Shown here: piece by piece, positions 1-9,235 of the stretch
Numbering within the stretch: position 1 is the first letter of the stretch
How the letters are laid out: the number at the start of each line of letters is the position of its first letter
Source: Pseudanabaena phage Pam3
Strand: one strand, 5' to 3'
Sequence record: ON014755.1
Length of the DNA: 32,000 nucleotides
Notes under the pieces: model-generated
The model's input: only the letters and a program-made list of their open reading frames with translations
Databases searched by the model: none
Told to the model about the DNA's origin: nothing
Translations under genes and position numbers: made by a program

Positions 1-866
1 CCTTCGCCGGCCCGGGCGGATTTGTAGTCAATCCGGGCGATTTAATGACCGATCAGTTGCGGGTCAGGTTTAGCGTGACCCGAGGTATCAGCTCTACAGC
101 GAACACGTTCAGGATCGACCTCTTCAACTTGAACGAAACTCACCGTAATTCTCTTGGCCTTGAGCTGGATACAGTGATGCTGGAAGTCGGTTACACTCCG
201 CCCGGCGGAGGAAATAACATCGGCATCATAGCCAAGGGCAAGATCAGGGATTATCAGCACGACCGCGAAGGTGGAGACATCATCTCTACTGTCAGCTGTG
301 GCGACGGTGACAAGGCTTATCGACGGGCCACCATCTCCAAGACGATCCCGAAAGGGACGCCTTTGACTGAAGTGGTGGACGAAATCCACAAGGAGATGAA
401 GAAAGAGGGAATTGCGAAGGGTGAGTGGAGCTTCCCCGATAAGGTGAAGAATACTCAGCTAAAGCGTCCGTATAGCATGTGCGGCTCTTGCACGAGAGAG
501 CTTGACACGCTTGGCCGGAGCCATGGGTTTTATTGGAATATCCAGAATGAGACCATGGAGATCATTCCCGGTAACGGTCATCTTCCCGGCTCATTACTGA
601 TTACTCCAGACACGGGCCTGATCGGAACGCCGACAATCACCGATAACGGGATCAAGGTCAAAGCTCTCATCAACCCCGAGGCCCGGCCGAACCGTATGAT
701 GAAGGTGAAGAGCCAGGTTCTCAAGATGAACCGGAAGGGTGAAGATTATCGGATCAGCGAAGTGAGCTTCAACGGCGACAACCAGGAAGGCGACTGGATT
801 ATGACGTTGACCGGCGAGGCCATCGGAGGCGATAAGAAGGTGGACGAGGGGAAGAAGGCAAAATGA
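1..866 (+). CDS. Phage baseplate hub protein (Mu gp44/late-control-D-like), 5' partial
   Basis: ORF track gives 45..866, but the frame is open back to base 3 (FAGPGGFVVNPGDLMTDQLRVRFSVTR...), so the true start is probably upstream of the window. 'LRVRFSVTRG..NTFRIDLFNLNETHR' is typical of hub proteins; followed directly by spike/W/J genes. Confidence 0.75.
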   Translation, partial: FAGPGGFVVNPGDLMTDQLRVRFSVTRGISSTANTFRIDLFNLNETHRNSLGLELDTVMLEVGYTPPGGGNNIGIIAKGKIRDYQHDREGGDIISTVSCGDGDKAYRRATISKTIPKGTPLTEVVDEIHKEMKKEGIAKGEWSFPDKVKNTQLKRPYSMCGSCTRELDTLGRSHGFYWNIQNETMEIIPGNGHLPGSLLITPDTGLIGTPTITDNGIKVKALINPEARPNRMMKVKSQVLKMNRKGEDYRISEVSFNGDNQEGDWIMTLTGEAIGGDKKVDEGKKAK

Positions 867-1528
867 CCGGCTATCTCGGCAAGACCACCAACCAGGATCG
901 GGATGTCGTCAGCGCGGTCGCCCAATCCGAGCGGGAGAGCGTCTGGGGCGAGATGCCCGGGCGCGTCGTTAGCGTGAGCGCCGACGGCCGCACGGTCACG
1001 GTCCAGCCTCTCTACAAGCCGAAGTTCAATGGTGTGCCTACGGACATGCCCGTGCTTCAGGAAGTCCCCTTGAGGCAGGCTCTGATGGGCGGCGTCGGCG
1101 TGACTGTTCCGGTAAAGCCCGGCCAGAATGTCACGCTGCGTCCTCAGATGCGTTCGATGGACAACTATCACGTCGAGGGTGACGGCTCCGCGTCGGATAG
1201 CCGATCCTTCAGTCTGTCCGACATGGAGGCTCATATCGCCGGAGGCGAGAGCCTGAAAGACGTCATCCCGAACCTGGACAGCGAGAATGTTCATGTTCGA
1301 GCGAACGCCGACGGGTCGAAGGGTATGAAGCTCTCTCCTGAAGGGAAGGTGGAATTTCAGGGACCGGAGGGAAACCTGCTGGACCTGATCGCGGACTTCA
1401 TGGAGCTGGTGGCCAACGACAAGCTCCAGATCAACTACGGTTCCAGCGCCGGGACGAACCACGCGATGGCCAACAAGGCAGCTATGCTCGCTCTTGCGGC
1501 TAAGGTCCGCACCACGGGGACGATCTGA
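863..1528 (+). CDS. Baseplate spike / assembly protein V-like (Gp138 N-terminal-domain type)
   Basis: 221 aa, 'VSVSADGRTVTVQPLYKP...DMPVLQEVPLRQALMGGVGVTVPVKPGQNVTL'; ATGA overlap with the hub gene; position in baseplate operon. Confidence 0.75.
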   Translation: MTGYLGKTTNQDRDVVSAVAQSERESVWGEMPGRVVSVSADGRTVTVQPLYKPKFNGVPTDMPVLQEVPLRQALMGGVGVTVPVKPGQNVTLRPQMRSMDNYHVEGDGSASDSRSFSLSDMEAHIAGGESLKDVIPNLDSENVHVRANADGSKGMKLSPEGKVEFQGPEGNLLDLIADFMELVANDKLQINYGSSAGTNHAMANKAAMLALAAKVRTTGTI

Positions 1529-1529
1529 C

Positions 1530-1907
1530 ATGGCAGCTCCCTCCCGGATCGGGCTCGCTCTGAAGAAGAATGAGCAGGGCATCGCGGACATCTATCTTGA
1601 CGCCTCGGGGAACCTCTCGATGGTCCAGAATACGGAGGCTGTCGGCCAGCATGCTCGCCAGCGTCTGATGACCTATTTGGGCGAGTGGTTCTTGAACAAG
1701 AACGTCGGCGTTCCCTGGCTTCGCGATCTGCTGGGCAAGGGTTACGATCCGGTGCTGGCTGAAGCCGTGATCAAGGCTGAAATCCTGTCCACCGACGGCG
1801 TGACGGAGATCACGTCTTTCAGCATTCGGTTCGATCAAGGCCGAAGGGCTCTTGAAGCCTTTGACATTGAAGTGACCACCGAATACGATGAGGAGACGGT
1901 GCTGTGA
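1530..1907 (+). CDS. Baseplate wedge protein, gp46/GPW-gp25-like
   Basis: The track ORF starts at 1494, but ATG 1530 (MAAPSRIGLALKKNEQGIADIYLDASGNLSM) is the more likely start; 'RLMTYLGEWFLNKNVGVPW' is a family hallmark. Confidence 0.8.
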   Translation: MAAPSRIGLALKKNEQGIADIYLDASGNLSMVQNTEAVGQHARQRLMTYLGEWFLNKNVGVPWLRDLLGKGYDPVLAEAVIKAEILSTDGVTEITSFSIRFDQGRRALEAFDIEVTTEYDEETVL

Positions 1908-2803
1908 CGTATGGAGTTCAGCCGACTGGGTACGTGAAGAAGCCGCTCGCCGTCCACCTGGCTGAAATCGAGGCTTCGATGGTCGATCTGTTCGGCCCGG
2001 GCGTCATTCAGACGGAGCAATCCCCTCTGGGTCAACTCAACGGCCTTTACGCCGATCTGTCCTATGATCTGGACGAGCGCGGCGAAGACCTGTATCAATC
2101 ATTCGATCCCGAACAGGCGGAGGGATCGCGGCTCGACATCCTCGCCCGTTACCGGCTCTTGAGCCGGAGGGCTGGAGAAAGCGACGAAAGCTTCCGGCGA
2201 GCGATCACCAACGTGGATCGGGCTCGGATCGACCTTTCGGACCTCTCCACGGCGCTTTCTGCAATCAACGGAGTGAGCTGGTCTCGGGTCTATGTGAACG
2301 AAGATGCGACCACGGATGCAGACGGCATTCCGCCTAACACTGTGAGCGTCGCCGTGATCGGAGGCGACGATGACGAAGTGGCGCAGCTGGTCCGACGTTA
2401 CGTCGTTCCCGGAGTGGGGATGTACGGCAACACTACCATCGAGACGACGATTGGTGGCTTCTGTCGGCGCATCCGGGTCATCCGCCCGGTCCTGATCCCA
2501 ACTTCAGTCGAGATTGATGTTCAGTCTCGACCTCTGAAGAACGGTTGCCCTCCTCCGTCGGTCAACGCTATGGCGGCTGGTCTCTACACTGAACTGACTG
2601 GCCCGGATCGCCCAGGGAACGGCGAGGATGGGACGGTCTACTTGTTTCGCAAGATCATGGAGCGTCTGTACCCAAACGTCGAAGTGGTTGATGTGAGATT
2701 GTCCCAGGCTCCGGCTGCGCCGACGACGCCTCCGCTCGTGATGAGCTTTTTCCAGATGATGTCGTTCAACGCAGATGACATTCTGGTTGAGATCGTCCCA
2801 TGA
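1904..2803 (+). CDS. Baseplate J-like protein
   Basis: 299 aa 'EQSPLGQLNGLYADLSYDLDERGEDLYQSFDPEQAEGSRLDILARYRLLSRRAGESDESFRRAI..' typical of J/gp47; operon context. Confidence 0.85.
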   Translation: MTYGVQPTGYVKKPLAVHLAEIEASMVDLFGPGVIQTEQSPLGQLNGLYADLSYDLDERGEDLYQSFDPEQAEGSRLDILARYRLLSRRAGESDESFRRAITNVDRARIDLSDLSTALSAINGVSWSRVYVNEDATTDADGIPPNTVSVAVIGGDDDEVAQLVRRYVVPGVGMYGNTTIETTIGGFCRRIRVIRPVLIPTSVEIDVQSRPLKNGCPPPSVNAMAAGLYTELTGPDRPGNGEDGTVYLFRKIMERLYPNVEVVDVRLSQAPAAPTTPPLVMSFFQMMSFNADDILVEIVP

Positions 2804-3516
2804 GCAATCTGTGCGCCGATCCCGAGGCTCTGGTTGAAGCCAGAATTGACGAGGTACTGACTCAGTATCGCGAGAGCCCGTATCTGCTTAATCTGATCCG
2901 GGCGTACCTCTCGAAACTGGCCGAGACATCTATGTCCTATTGCGACATGGTCGAAAAATTCGATCTGGACACAGCTGTCGGAGATCAGCTGACCATCATT
3001 GGTCGCATTCTCGGGTTTCCGAGATGTCATTGCGTGTGCGATACTATCCCGGTTGTCGGATACGACTGCGGCGGGAGCTACGCCGGCTCTTACCAGCTGG
3101 CTGGATACTGCGAACCGGGATCGTCATGGATTCACTGCTCCCCGTATGGGAACAGCGAATTGTGCGTGGACGAAGATGAAATCTACAGATCGCTTCTGAA
3201 GGCTCGGCGTTACCAGATGCTGGGACTTTACGACATTGAGTCCCTTCATGAGGCTCTTCAGATCGTCTGGGGCGAAGACGCGATGGTGGCTGAGACCAAG
3301 GTCGGTCAAGTCGTGGTCACACCGGGTCGATCCCTCACGGCGACTGAGACACGTTATCTGCCAATCGTTTTTCGGGCTCTCCCGATAGCTCCCGGGATCA
3401 AAGGCATGATCCATATAGACCAAGGCCCGATTGCGGGTTACGGTGACGGTTGGGCCGGTTACTGCGGTGGTGACTGGCTGTGTCCCGTCGATCCCCACGC
3501 CTACACCTGTTCATGA
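2800..3516 (+). CDS. DUF2612-like phage baseplate/tail protein
   Basis: 'YRESPYLLNLIRAYLSKLAE..FDLDTAVGDQLTIIGRILGFPR' plus unusual Cys/Gly/Tyr-rich insertions. Confidence 0.7.
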   Translation: MSNLCADPEALVEARIDEVLTQYRESPYLLNLIRAYLSKLAETSMSYCDMVEKFDLDTAVGDQLTIIGRILGFPRCHCVCDTIPVVGYDCGGSYAGSYQLAGYCEPGSSWIHCSPYGNSELCVDEDEIYRSLLKARRYQMLGLYDIESLHEALQIVWGEDAMVAETKVGQVVVTPGRSLTATETRYLPIVFRALPIAPGIKGMIHIDQGPIAGYGDGWAGYCGGDWLCPVDPHAYTCS

Positions 3517-3528
3517 TTCGAGGACGAC

Positions 3529-4371
3529 ATGGCATCAATCAACCTCCCGTTTTCGCTTTCCGGTTCCAAGCGCATCCCGACGAGCGAGGAACTGGCTGAC
3601 GGCTACCAGTGCGGACCTCTCGATGTTGAGCTGGACAACTGGCTCATGTGGTGGCTGACCGGCCAGGTCGATGGCGTCATAGAAGGCGCTGGCCTGACAA
3701 CGGACGACACAGACCTGGCCCGCCTCTACAAGGCGATCCAGTCTATGACTTCGGGCAACCTGCGCACCGTAGTGCTGACAGCCGCGAGCGGGAACCTCCC
3801 GATCCCGTCTGATGTGTCTGTGCTGAACTGGGTGCGCGCCGTCGGTGGAGGCGGTGCCGGCGGCAATTCCAACACGGGCAATTCGAAAGCCTCCGGCGGT
3901 GGCGGTGGCGCAGGCTTCGATCGGTTCAACGTCGCGGTCACCCCTGGTTCCAACGTCCCATACACAGTCGGTGCTGCCGGTGCTGTGAACGGCCTTGGCG
4001 CGGGCTACAACGGCGGCGCAGGCGGTTCGACTGCGATCCTCGGCACCACAGCAGGCGGCGGCGCAGGCGGCCTCGGCGTCAACAATAATGCAACCGCTGT
4101 CCAAGTCAACGGTGGCACGACTTCGGGCACTACACCGGAGATTTCCTATCCTGGTGGCCTTGGCACCGAAGGCATCGTCGGCACAGGCGGGGGATCGGTA
4201 TTGTCCCAGCCGACACAGCGCGCGTTCACCAACGCCGGCAACAACAACCCCGCCAACTCCTGGGGTGGCGGCGGACCCGGTGGCTCCGACTTTGGCGGTG
4301 CCTGGCAGCCGGGTGGTGTCGGCAAACAGGGCATCATCATCGTCCAGTACTTCAGCCGCTTCGCCCCGTGA
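3529..4371 (+). CDS. Glycine-rich tail fibre / receptor-binding protein
   Basis: Long Gly-rich C-terminal region (GGGGAGG.. GGGGGAG.. GGSTAILGTTAGGGAGG) after an N-terminal tail-attachment-like part; position after the baseplate genes. Confidence 0.7.
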   Translation: MASINLPFSLSGSKRIPTSEELADGYQCGPLDVELDNWLMWWLTGQVDGVIEGAGLTTDDTDLARLYKAIQSMTSGNLRTVVLTAASGNLPIPSDVSVLNWVRAVGGGGAGGNSNTGNSKASGGGGGAGFDRFNVAVTPGSNVPYTVGAAGAVNGLGAGYNGGAGGSTAILGTTAGGGAGGLGVNNNATAVQVNGGTTSGTTPEISYPGGLGTEGIVGTGGGSVLSQPTQRAFTNAGNNNPANSWGGGGPGGSDFGGAWQPGGVGKQGIIIVQYFSRFAP

Positions 4372-4382
4372 GGAACGCCGAC

Positions 4383-4871
4383 ATGACCGACAAGCACTAC
4401 GCTCGGGTGGTCGATGGTCTCGTTGTCGAGACCAAGACCCTGCCCGCCGACTTCAACCTGGACGATCTGTTCGGTCCCGACCATGGCTGGGTGGAAGCTC
4501 CGCTCGAGGTCGAGCAGGGTTGGCGCAAGGTCGGCGCCAAGTTCGCTCCGGCGCCGCCGCCCGAGCGCGACCCTGCGTCGATCCTCGCTGGGCTCAAAGC
4601 CGAGGCGTCGCGACACATCTTCGCGACGATCAGCGCGACGGCCCAGTCCAACCTGCTGCTCGCGGTCGGTCTTGCCAGCGCGAAAGCCCCGAGCGCCCGC
4701 ACGCCGGAGGAGCGCGATCTGCTCAACGTGGCTGACGAGGGCCGCGCCTGGATCGACGCCGTGAGGGCGCGGGTCCATGCGCTCGCGGAGCATGACGGGG
4801 TGACGCCCAAAGGCGAGGATCGCTGGCCCGCGCCAAGTGAGGCGGTGCTCGAGATGGCGGCCAAATTCTGA
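4383..4871 (+). CDS. Putative tail fibre assembly/accessory protein
   Basis: 'YARVVDGLVVETKTLP..FNLDDLFGPDHGWVEAPLEVEQGWRKVGAKFAP' resembles tail fibre assembly/XkdW-like proteins; immediately after the fibre gene. Start at ATG 4383 (track start 4368). Confidence 0.5.
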   Translation: MTDKHYARVVDGLVVETKTLPADFNLDDLFGPDHGWVEAPLEVEQGWRKVGAKFAPAPPPERDPASILAGLKAEASRHIFATISATAQSNLLLAVGLASAKAPSARTPEERDLLNVADEGRAWIDAVRARVHALAEHDGVTPKGEDRWPAPSEAVLEMAAKF

Positions 4872-4884
4872 GGAGAAGAATCAA

Positions 4885-5340
4885 ATGCGCCTGTTGATCG
4901 GTATCTTATTCGCCCTGCTTTCGGCAAACCAGGTGCGGGCCTTCGACTGTCCGCTAACCCAGATGGTTAACATCCGCTCGGCCGTCAACAATGTTCCAGG
5001 CGGCAGCATCCCCACCTCGTTCGATTATATGGGGCCTTACGGGTCTTCACAAACAACGTGGAACTTCCCCATTACGGTTCCAACCGGGTCGGTTCTGCTG
5101 ATCACCGATATTTTCTTCCAAGACAAGAAGATCATCACCCCCGGCAACCAGGGCGGGTACCGGCCGAACTACGCCGTCCTGTTTGGCATCGACACACTCA
5201 CCAGCGTCATCCCGTCGCGTCACTACCGGACGCCGATCAAGATGCCGGCTGGCAGCGTCATATCTGGCGCGTTCATCAACCACAGCTCCGAGCAGCAGAA
5301 CATGATCATCGGAGTGAACGGTTGTCTGGTCAACTACTGA
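4885..5340 (+). CDS. Hypothetical protein with predicted signal peptide
   Basis: ATG 4885 with RBS GAGGAGAAG; N-terminus MRLLIGILFALLSANQVRAFDCP is a signal peptide-like segment. Track start 4837 overlaps the upstream gene. Confidence 0.6.
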   Translation: MRLLIGILFALLSANQVRAFDCPLTQMVNIRSAVNNVPGGSIPTSFDYMGPYGSSQTTWNFPITVPTGSVLLITDIFFQDKKIITPGNQGGYRPNYAVLFGIDTLTSVIPSRHYRTPIKMPAGSVISGAFINHSSEQQNMIIGVNGCLVNY

Positions 5341-5355
5341 TCCCGGGACAATCCG

Positions 5356-6057
5356 ATGACCTTCGACAAGTGGATTCAGTCGCGTCTGACTTCTCACGGC
5401 TTCCCCGTCGGCGTCATCGACGGCCGGCTTGGGCCCATCTCTCTCGCCGCGCTCCGGGCCTTCCAGCAAGCCCGGGGCTTGAGCGTAACCGGCACGGCGA
5501 CACCGGAGACTGTCGAAGCTCTCCGGGCCACGTCTTCGGCTGGCGAGCGACCCGCTCCCAGCTCTCCGGCTGCGGGAGCCCCGGCGGTCCAGCCGATCTG
5601 GCCGAAGCAGTCCGGCGTGCCTGCGTTCTATGGAGCAGTCGGCACCAACCAAGTTCGCGTGGAACTGCCGTTCTCGATGAAGCTGGCCTGGGACCTCGCC
5701 CAGGAGGTCCAGAGGATCAGTCTTCACGCGAAGGTCGCGAAGTCGGCTGAGCGTGCTTTCGCTCGGATCGCGAAGGAGTACAACCCGGCGGATCGTGCGG
5801 CGCTCGGGCTCGACATCTTCGGCGGATCGCTGAACGTTCGCAAGATGCGCGGCGGCTCCAGCTACTCTATGCACAGCTGGGGCATCGCAATCGACTTCGA
5901 CCCGGAGCGCAATCAGCTGAAGTGGGGTCGGGATCGCGCCCGGCTCGCGAAGGCGGATGCCGAGCCGTTCTGGCGCATCTGGGAAGATGAAGGCTGGGTG
6001 TCGCTCGGGCGCCAGCTCAACTATGACTGGATGCATGTCCAGGCCGCTCGCCTCTAA
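5356..6057 (+). CDS. Endolysin: N-terminal peptidoglycan-binding domain + M15 (VanY/D-Ala-D-Ala carboxypeptidase-like) peptidase
   Basis: PG_binding_1-like 'IDGRLGPISLAALRAFQQARGLSVTG'; M15 motif 'SMHSWGIAIDFDPERN' and 'YDWMHVQ'. Confidence 0.85.
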   Translation: MTFDKWIQSRLTSHGFPVGVIDGRLGPISLAALRAFQQARGLSVTGTATPETVEALRATSSAGERPAPSSPAAGAPAVQPIWPKQSGVPAFYGAVGTNQVRVELPFSMKLAWDLAQEVQRISLHAKVAKSAERAFARIAKEYNPADRAALGLDIFGGSLNVRKMRGGSSYSMHSWGIAIDFDPERNQLKWGRDRARLAKADAEPFWRIWEDEGWVSLGRQLNYDWMHVQAARL

Positions 6058-6070
6058 CTGGAGAACCGTC

Positions 6071-6337
6071 ATGAACGAACAGACCCTCAGCTTCATTCGC
6101 ACTCTCGTCCAGACCGCCGCCGCGTCCCTGGGCACCTATGGCGTCCTGGACGCTCAGGGCCAAGTGGTCGTGGTCAGCTTCGTCATGTGGCTGATCCCGA
6201 CGGTCTGGGGCCTCTATGTTCGCCGCAAGGCCGGCCTGGTCGCGTCCGCCGCCGCCCTCCCCGAGGTCGCGAAGATCGTGGCCACGCCCGACATCGTCGC
6301 GAAGGTGACGGACCCGACTGTGGTGTCTCGGGGTTAA
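6071..6337 (+). CDS. Holin-like membrane protein (Pam3-gp28-like family)
   Basis: 88 aa, 'RTLVQTAAASLGTYGVLDAQGQVVVVSFVMWLIPTVWGLYVRRK', directly after the endolysin. Confidence 0.65.
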   Translation: MNEQTLSFIRTLVQTAAASLGTYGVLDAQGQVVVVSFVMWLIPTVWGLYVRRKAGLVASAAALPEVAKIVATPDIVAKVTDPTVVSRG

Positions 6338-6373
6338 TCCCCGAGCGTCGTTTGCTCGTTCAGGAGGCCCGTG

Positions 6374-6631
6374 ATGGCGGCACCGAATGACGCTCGATTT
6401 GAGCGTTTTGAGGAACGGATGGACCGCCTGGACGAGCGGTTTGCGAAACAGGATGATCGCCTTACCAAGCTGGAGGTCAAGTCTGCCGTGGATTACGAGC
6501 GACACCTTGCAATTGTCGGCCGGCTCGACAAGATCGACGGGCACATCTCCAAGCTCGTCTGGCTCATCCTCTCCGCCATCGTCGGCGCGCTTCTCACGTT
6601 CCTGATCCGAGGCGGCTTTCATGTGGGGTAG
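6374..6631 (+). CDS. XhlA-like / small coiled-coil membrane protein of lysis cassette
   Basis: 'RFEERMDRLDERFAKQDDRLTKLEVK..' coiled coil + 'KLVWLILSAIVGALLTFLI' TM helix; RBS AGGAGG upstream of ATG 6374. Confidence 0.6.
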   Translation: MAAPNDARFERFEERMDRLDERFAKQDDRLTKLEVKSAVDYERHLAIVGRLDKIDGHISKLVWLILSAIVGALLTFLIRGGFHVG

Positions 6632-7052
6632 GGCCAACTTCCTGTTCTGGGGCGCTCTGGGCGCGATCCTCTGGCCCACCGTCGATACCATCGCGCCGGC
6701 TATCGAGGGGAAGTTGTATCCTGTTGTCCATCCGGCCATCATCAAAGAGATTGTCCCAACGGGTCAGATTGTCAGCGTCGTCCGGGGCGAGAGCGTGAAG
6801 CTCCGGTCCTGTAACTTCGTCTCCATCAACTGGTTCCTCGGAAGACCAGGCCAGCCGTCGTCTCGCGTGTCTGTGGACTTCCTGGACGGAACGAAGGTTC
6901 GCGCCTCGGGAGAGTTCGATTGGGGCCCATGGCGGGTCGCGATCCCGGCGGACCTTCTGGCTACCGGATCGTATGCCGTGGTGGTCCATCGCTGCCATCC
7001 TCTGTGGGAGACTGAGAGCTTGTTCTGGGCTCCGGTGGCGTTTTCGTCTTAA
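6621..7052 (+). CDS. Hypothetical membrane-anchored protein in lysis module
   Basis: N-terminal hydrophobic stretch (ANFLFWGALGAILWP), overlaps the preceding gene by 11 nt. Confidence 0.5.
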   Translation: MWGRANFLFWGALGAILWPTVDTIAPAIEGKLYPVVHPAIIKEIVPTGQIVSVVRGESVKLRSCNFVSINWFLGRPGQPSSRVSVDFLDGTKVRASGEFDWGPWRVAIPADLLATGSYAVVVHRCHPLWETESLFWAPVAFSS

Positions 7053-7376
7053 CGTTCTTAACTTCACTTCCACCCCGGATCGAAATGCAGTTCCCACGAA
7101 AGCCCAAAGGCGTCAGCGGGTTAGAGTGTGGAGAACTGCATTCTACACTTTCTCCAGCTTGAAATCGGTTCGCTAGGCCCCGGGAAATTCTGCCTACTGT
7201 TGTTATAAATTAAGATACCTAAGAATATAGTTATTCGCCTGTGAGGTCAGCCACTTACGCGGAACTGCAACAATTTGAGCTGTATGAATATGCAGTTCTC
7301 CTAGTTCTCGCAACCCGTTCCGCTTCCCCGCCCGAGACCTCTGGGCTAGGATCGCAGACGAGAAATGGAGCACTGA
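7053..7376 (+). promoter_or_regulatory. Intergenic regulatory region (possible early promoter/origin)
   Basis: ~325 bp non-coding between lysis and replication modules; AT-rich stretch 7195-7235 including extended -10-like TGTTATAAA (7201-7209); four TGCAGTTC/GAACTGCA copies (see findings). Confidence 0.45.
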
Positions 7377-8846
7377 ATGTACCAGCCTTACACGAAGCCC
7401 TTCGCTCATCAGGAGGAGACCTGGCGCTCCTCTCGCGACTTGAAGGCGTTCGCGGCATTCTGGGAGCAGGGCACTGGGAAGTCCAAGCTGACCATCGACA
7501 CCCTCGGGCACTTGTATACCGAACGCCAGGTCAACGGCGCCATCATCGTCGCTCCGAACGGCGTCCACCGCAACTGGATCACCGACGAGCTTCCGACTCA
7601 CATGCACCCGGACATCCCAATGGAGGCGTTCGCTTTCAAGTCTGAGGCGAGCGGGTCGAAGTGGCATGCCAAGAAGGTCGCGGAGGTTCTGGACACCCCG
7701 AGCGATGAGCTCGCGCTGCTCACGATCAGCTATGACGCCTGGATGACCGACGCCGGGAAGAAGGCTGTCTGGAACATGATGCGGCGTCGCCAGACGATGT
7801 GTGTGCTGGACGAAAGCCACCGCATCAAGACGCCGACGGCGAAGCGCACCCGGTCGATCCTGGCCGGCGGCAAGCATGCTCCCTATCGACGCATCCTGTC
7901 AGGCACGCCAGTTACACAGGGTCCGTTCGATCTGTACACCCAGATCAAGTACCTGGATGACACCTTCTGGAGACGTGAAGCGGACATCGAGAGCTTCACC
8001 GCCTTCAAGACCTGGTACGGGGTCTGGGAGAAGAAGTGGAGCGCGCATATCGGCAAGGACGGCGGTGAGTATGACGCGCTGATCGGCTACCAGAACCTGG
8101 ACGAGCTGAGCGGGATCATTCAGCGCATCAGCTCCCGGGTCCGCAAGGAGGACGTTCTGGACCTCCCGCCGAAGACCTACACGCGCCGCTACTATGAGAT
8201 GAGCCCGGCGCAGAAGCGCATATACGACACCATCGAGAAGGAGTTCATGGTCTGGCTCGATAGCGGAGAGCTGATCACGGCTCCGCTCGCTATGGTCCGC
8301 ATGCTACGCCTTCAGCAGGTTCTCTGCGGCTACATCCCCGTGGACGGCGCGGAGGAGCCGACGGAGCTGATTGAGCGGGACAACAACCCGAGGCTGAAGC
8401 TCCTACGGGACACGATGGAGGATGTGAACGGCAAGACGCTGATCTGGGCGACGTGGACCCGGGACATCGACATGATCATGGAGATGCTTCGCGGGATCGG
8501 CCGCAATCCCGTTCGCTACGACGGATCGGTCTCGGGAGACGAGCGTGAGGCGGCGAAGCGCGCGATCAAGGGCGGCGACGCCACCGACTTCGTAGCGAAC
8601 AGCGCGATGTCGGAGGGCCTTACCCTGAACGAGGCCAAGACGACCATCTACTACAACAACAGCTACAAGCTGATCGACCGGAAGCAGACGGAGGATCGCA
8701 ACCACCGGATCGGGCAGGATGAGAAGGTGCTGTACATAGACCTCATCTGCCCCGGGACGCGAGACGAGCACGCGATTGACGCCCTCATAGCCAAGCACGA
8801 CGTGGCGTCTGTGATCCTGGGCGATCCTATGAAGGAGTGGCTATGA
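7377..8846 (+). CDS. SNF2-family DEAD-like helicase
   Basis: 489 aa, 'FWEQGTGKSKLTIDTLG' Walker A-like, 'VLDESHRIKT' motif II, 'ILSGTPVTQGPFDLYTQIKYLD', C-terminal 'YYNNSYKLIDRKQTEDRNHRIGQ' motif VI. Confidence 0.9.
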   Translation: MYQPYTKPFAHQEETWRSSRDLKAFAAFWEQGTGKSKLTIDTLGHLYTERQVNGAIIVAPNGVHRNWITDELPTHMHPDIPMEAFAFKSEASGSKWHAKKVAEVLDTPSDELALLTISYDAWMTDAGKKAVWNMMRRRQTMCVLDESHRIKTPTAKRTRSILAGGKHAPYRRILSGTPVTQGPFDLYTQIKYLDDTFWRREADIESFTAFKTWYGVWEKKWSAHIGKDGGEYDALIGYQNLDELSGIIQRISSRVRKEDVLDLPPKTYTRRYYEMSPAQKRIYDTIEKEFMVWLDSGELITAPLAMVRMLRLQQVLCGYIPVDGAEEPTELIERDNNPRLKLLRDTMEDVNGKTLIWATWTRDIDMIMEMLRGIGRNPVRYDGSVSGDEREAAKRAIKGGDATDFVANSAMSEGLTLNEAKTTIYYNNSYKLIDRKQTEDRNHRIGQDEKVLYIDLICPGTRDEHAIDALIAKHDVASVILGDPMKEWL

Positions 8847-9208
8847 GCAACGTTTACGTCGTCCAGGACCATCGACGCTATGACCGGGACACCGGTCAAT
8901 TCGTCCCGGTCCACGACCTCACTCCGGCGAAGCAGTACGGGGAGCTGAAGTACCTGCTCTCCCCGACCGCCGCTCCGTGGAACCCTCAATCCATTCTCCC
9001 GGAGCTGTGGTCTGGGCTGAAGAATTTCTGCGATGACGACTACCTGCTGCTCAACGGCAACCCGATCCTCATTGGTTGGGCTACGGCTGTGGCTGCGGAC
9101 TATAACGACGGAAGCGTGCAACTGCTTCAGTGGAACGGCAAGGAAGGTCGCTACCTTCCTATTTCCGCTCAAGTCTTCCCTGTTGCCGATGAGACGGCCC
9201 GGGGATAG
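8843..9208 (+). CDS. Hypothetical protein
   Basis: 121 aa; ATG 8843 overlaps stop of helicase; coding layout consistent. Confidence 0.6.
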   Translation: MSNVYVVQDHRRYDRDTGQFVPVHDLTPAKQYGELKYLLSPTAAPWNPQSILPELWSGLKNFCDDDYLLLNGNPILIGWATAVAADYNDGSVQLLQWNGKEGRYLPISAQVFPVADETARG

Positions 9209-9235
9209 CCTGAAACTTCAGAAAGGGAGAACCAG

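Noticed and set aside
3529-4371. Gly-rich repeats considered as a DNA repeat array/CRISPR-like structure
   Set aside because: Repeats are protein-level low-complexity (GG-rich), not regularly spaced identical DNA units. No CRISPR array seen anywhere.
3995-4735. 246-aa + strand ORF overlapping fibre and assembly genes
   Set aside because: Arg/Ser/Ala-rich out-of-frame translation of the Gly-rich fibre gene and its neighbour; typical alternative-frame artefact.
5047-6135. 362-aa antisense ORF opposite the endolysin
   Set aside because: Spurious GC-rich antisense frame; the + strand endolysin is clearly supported.
7053-7376. Possible tRNA gene in the large intergenic region
   Set aside because: No cloverleaf with TTCRA arm could be traced; the inverted repeats here are better explained as protein-binding sites.
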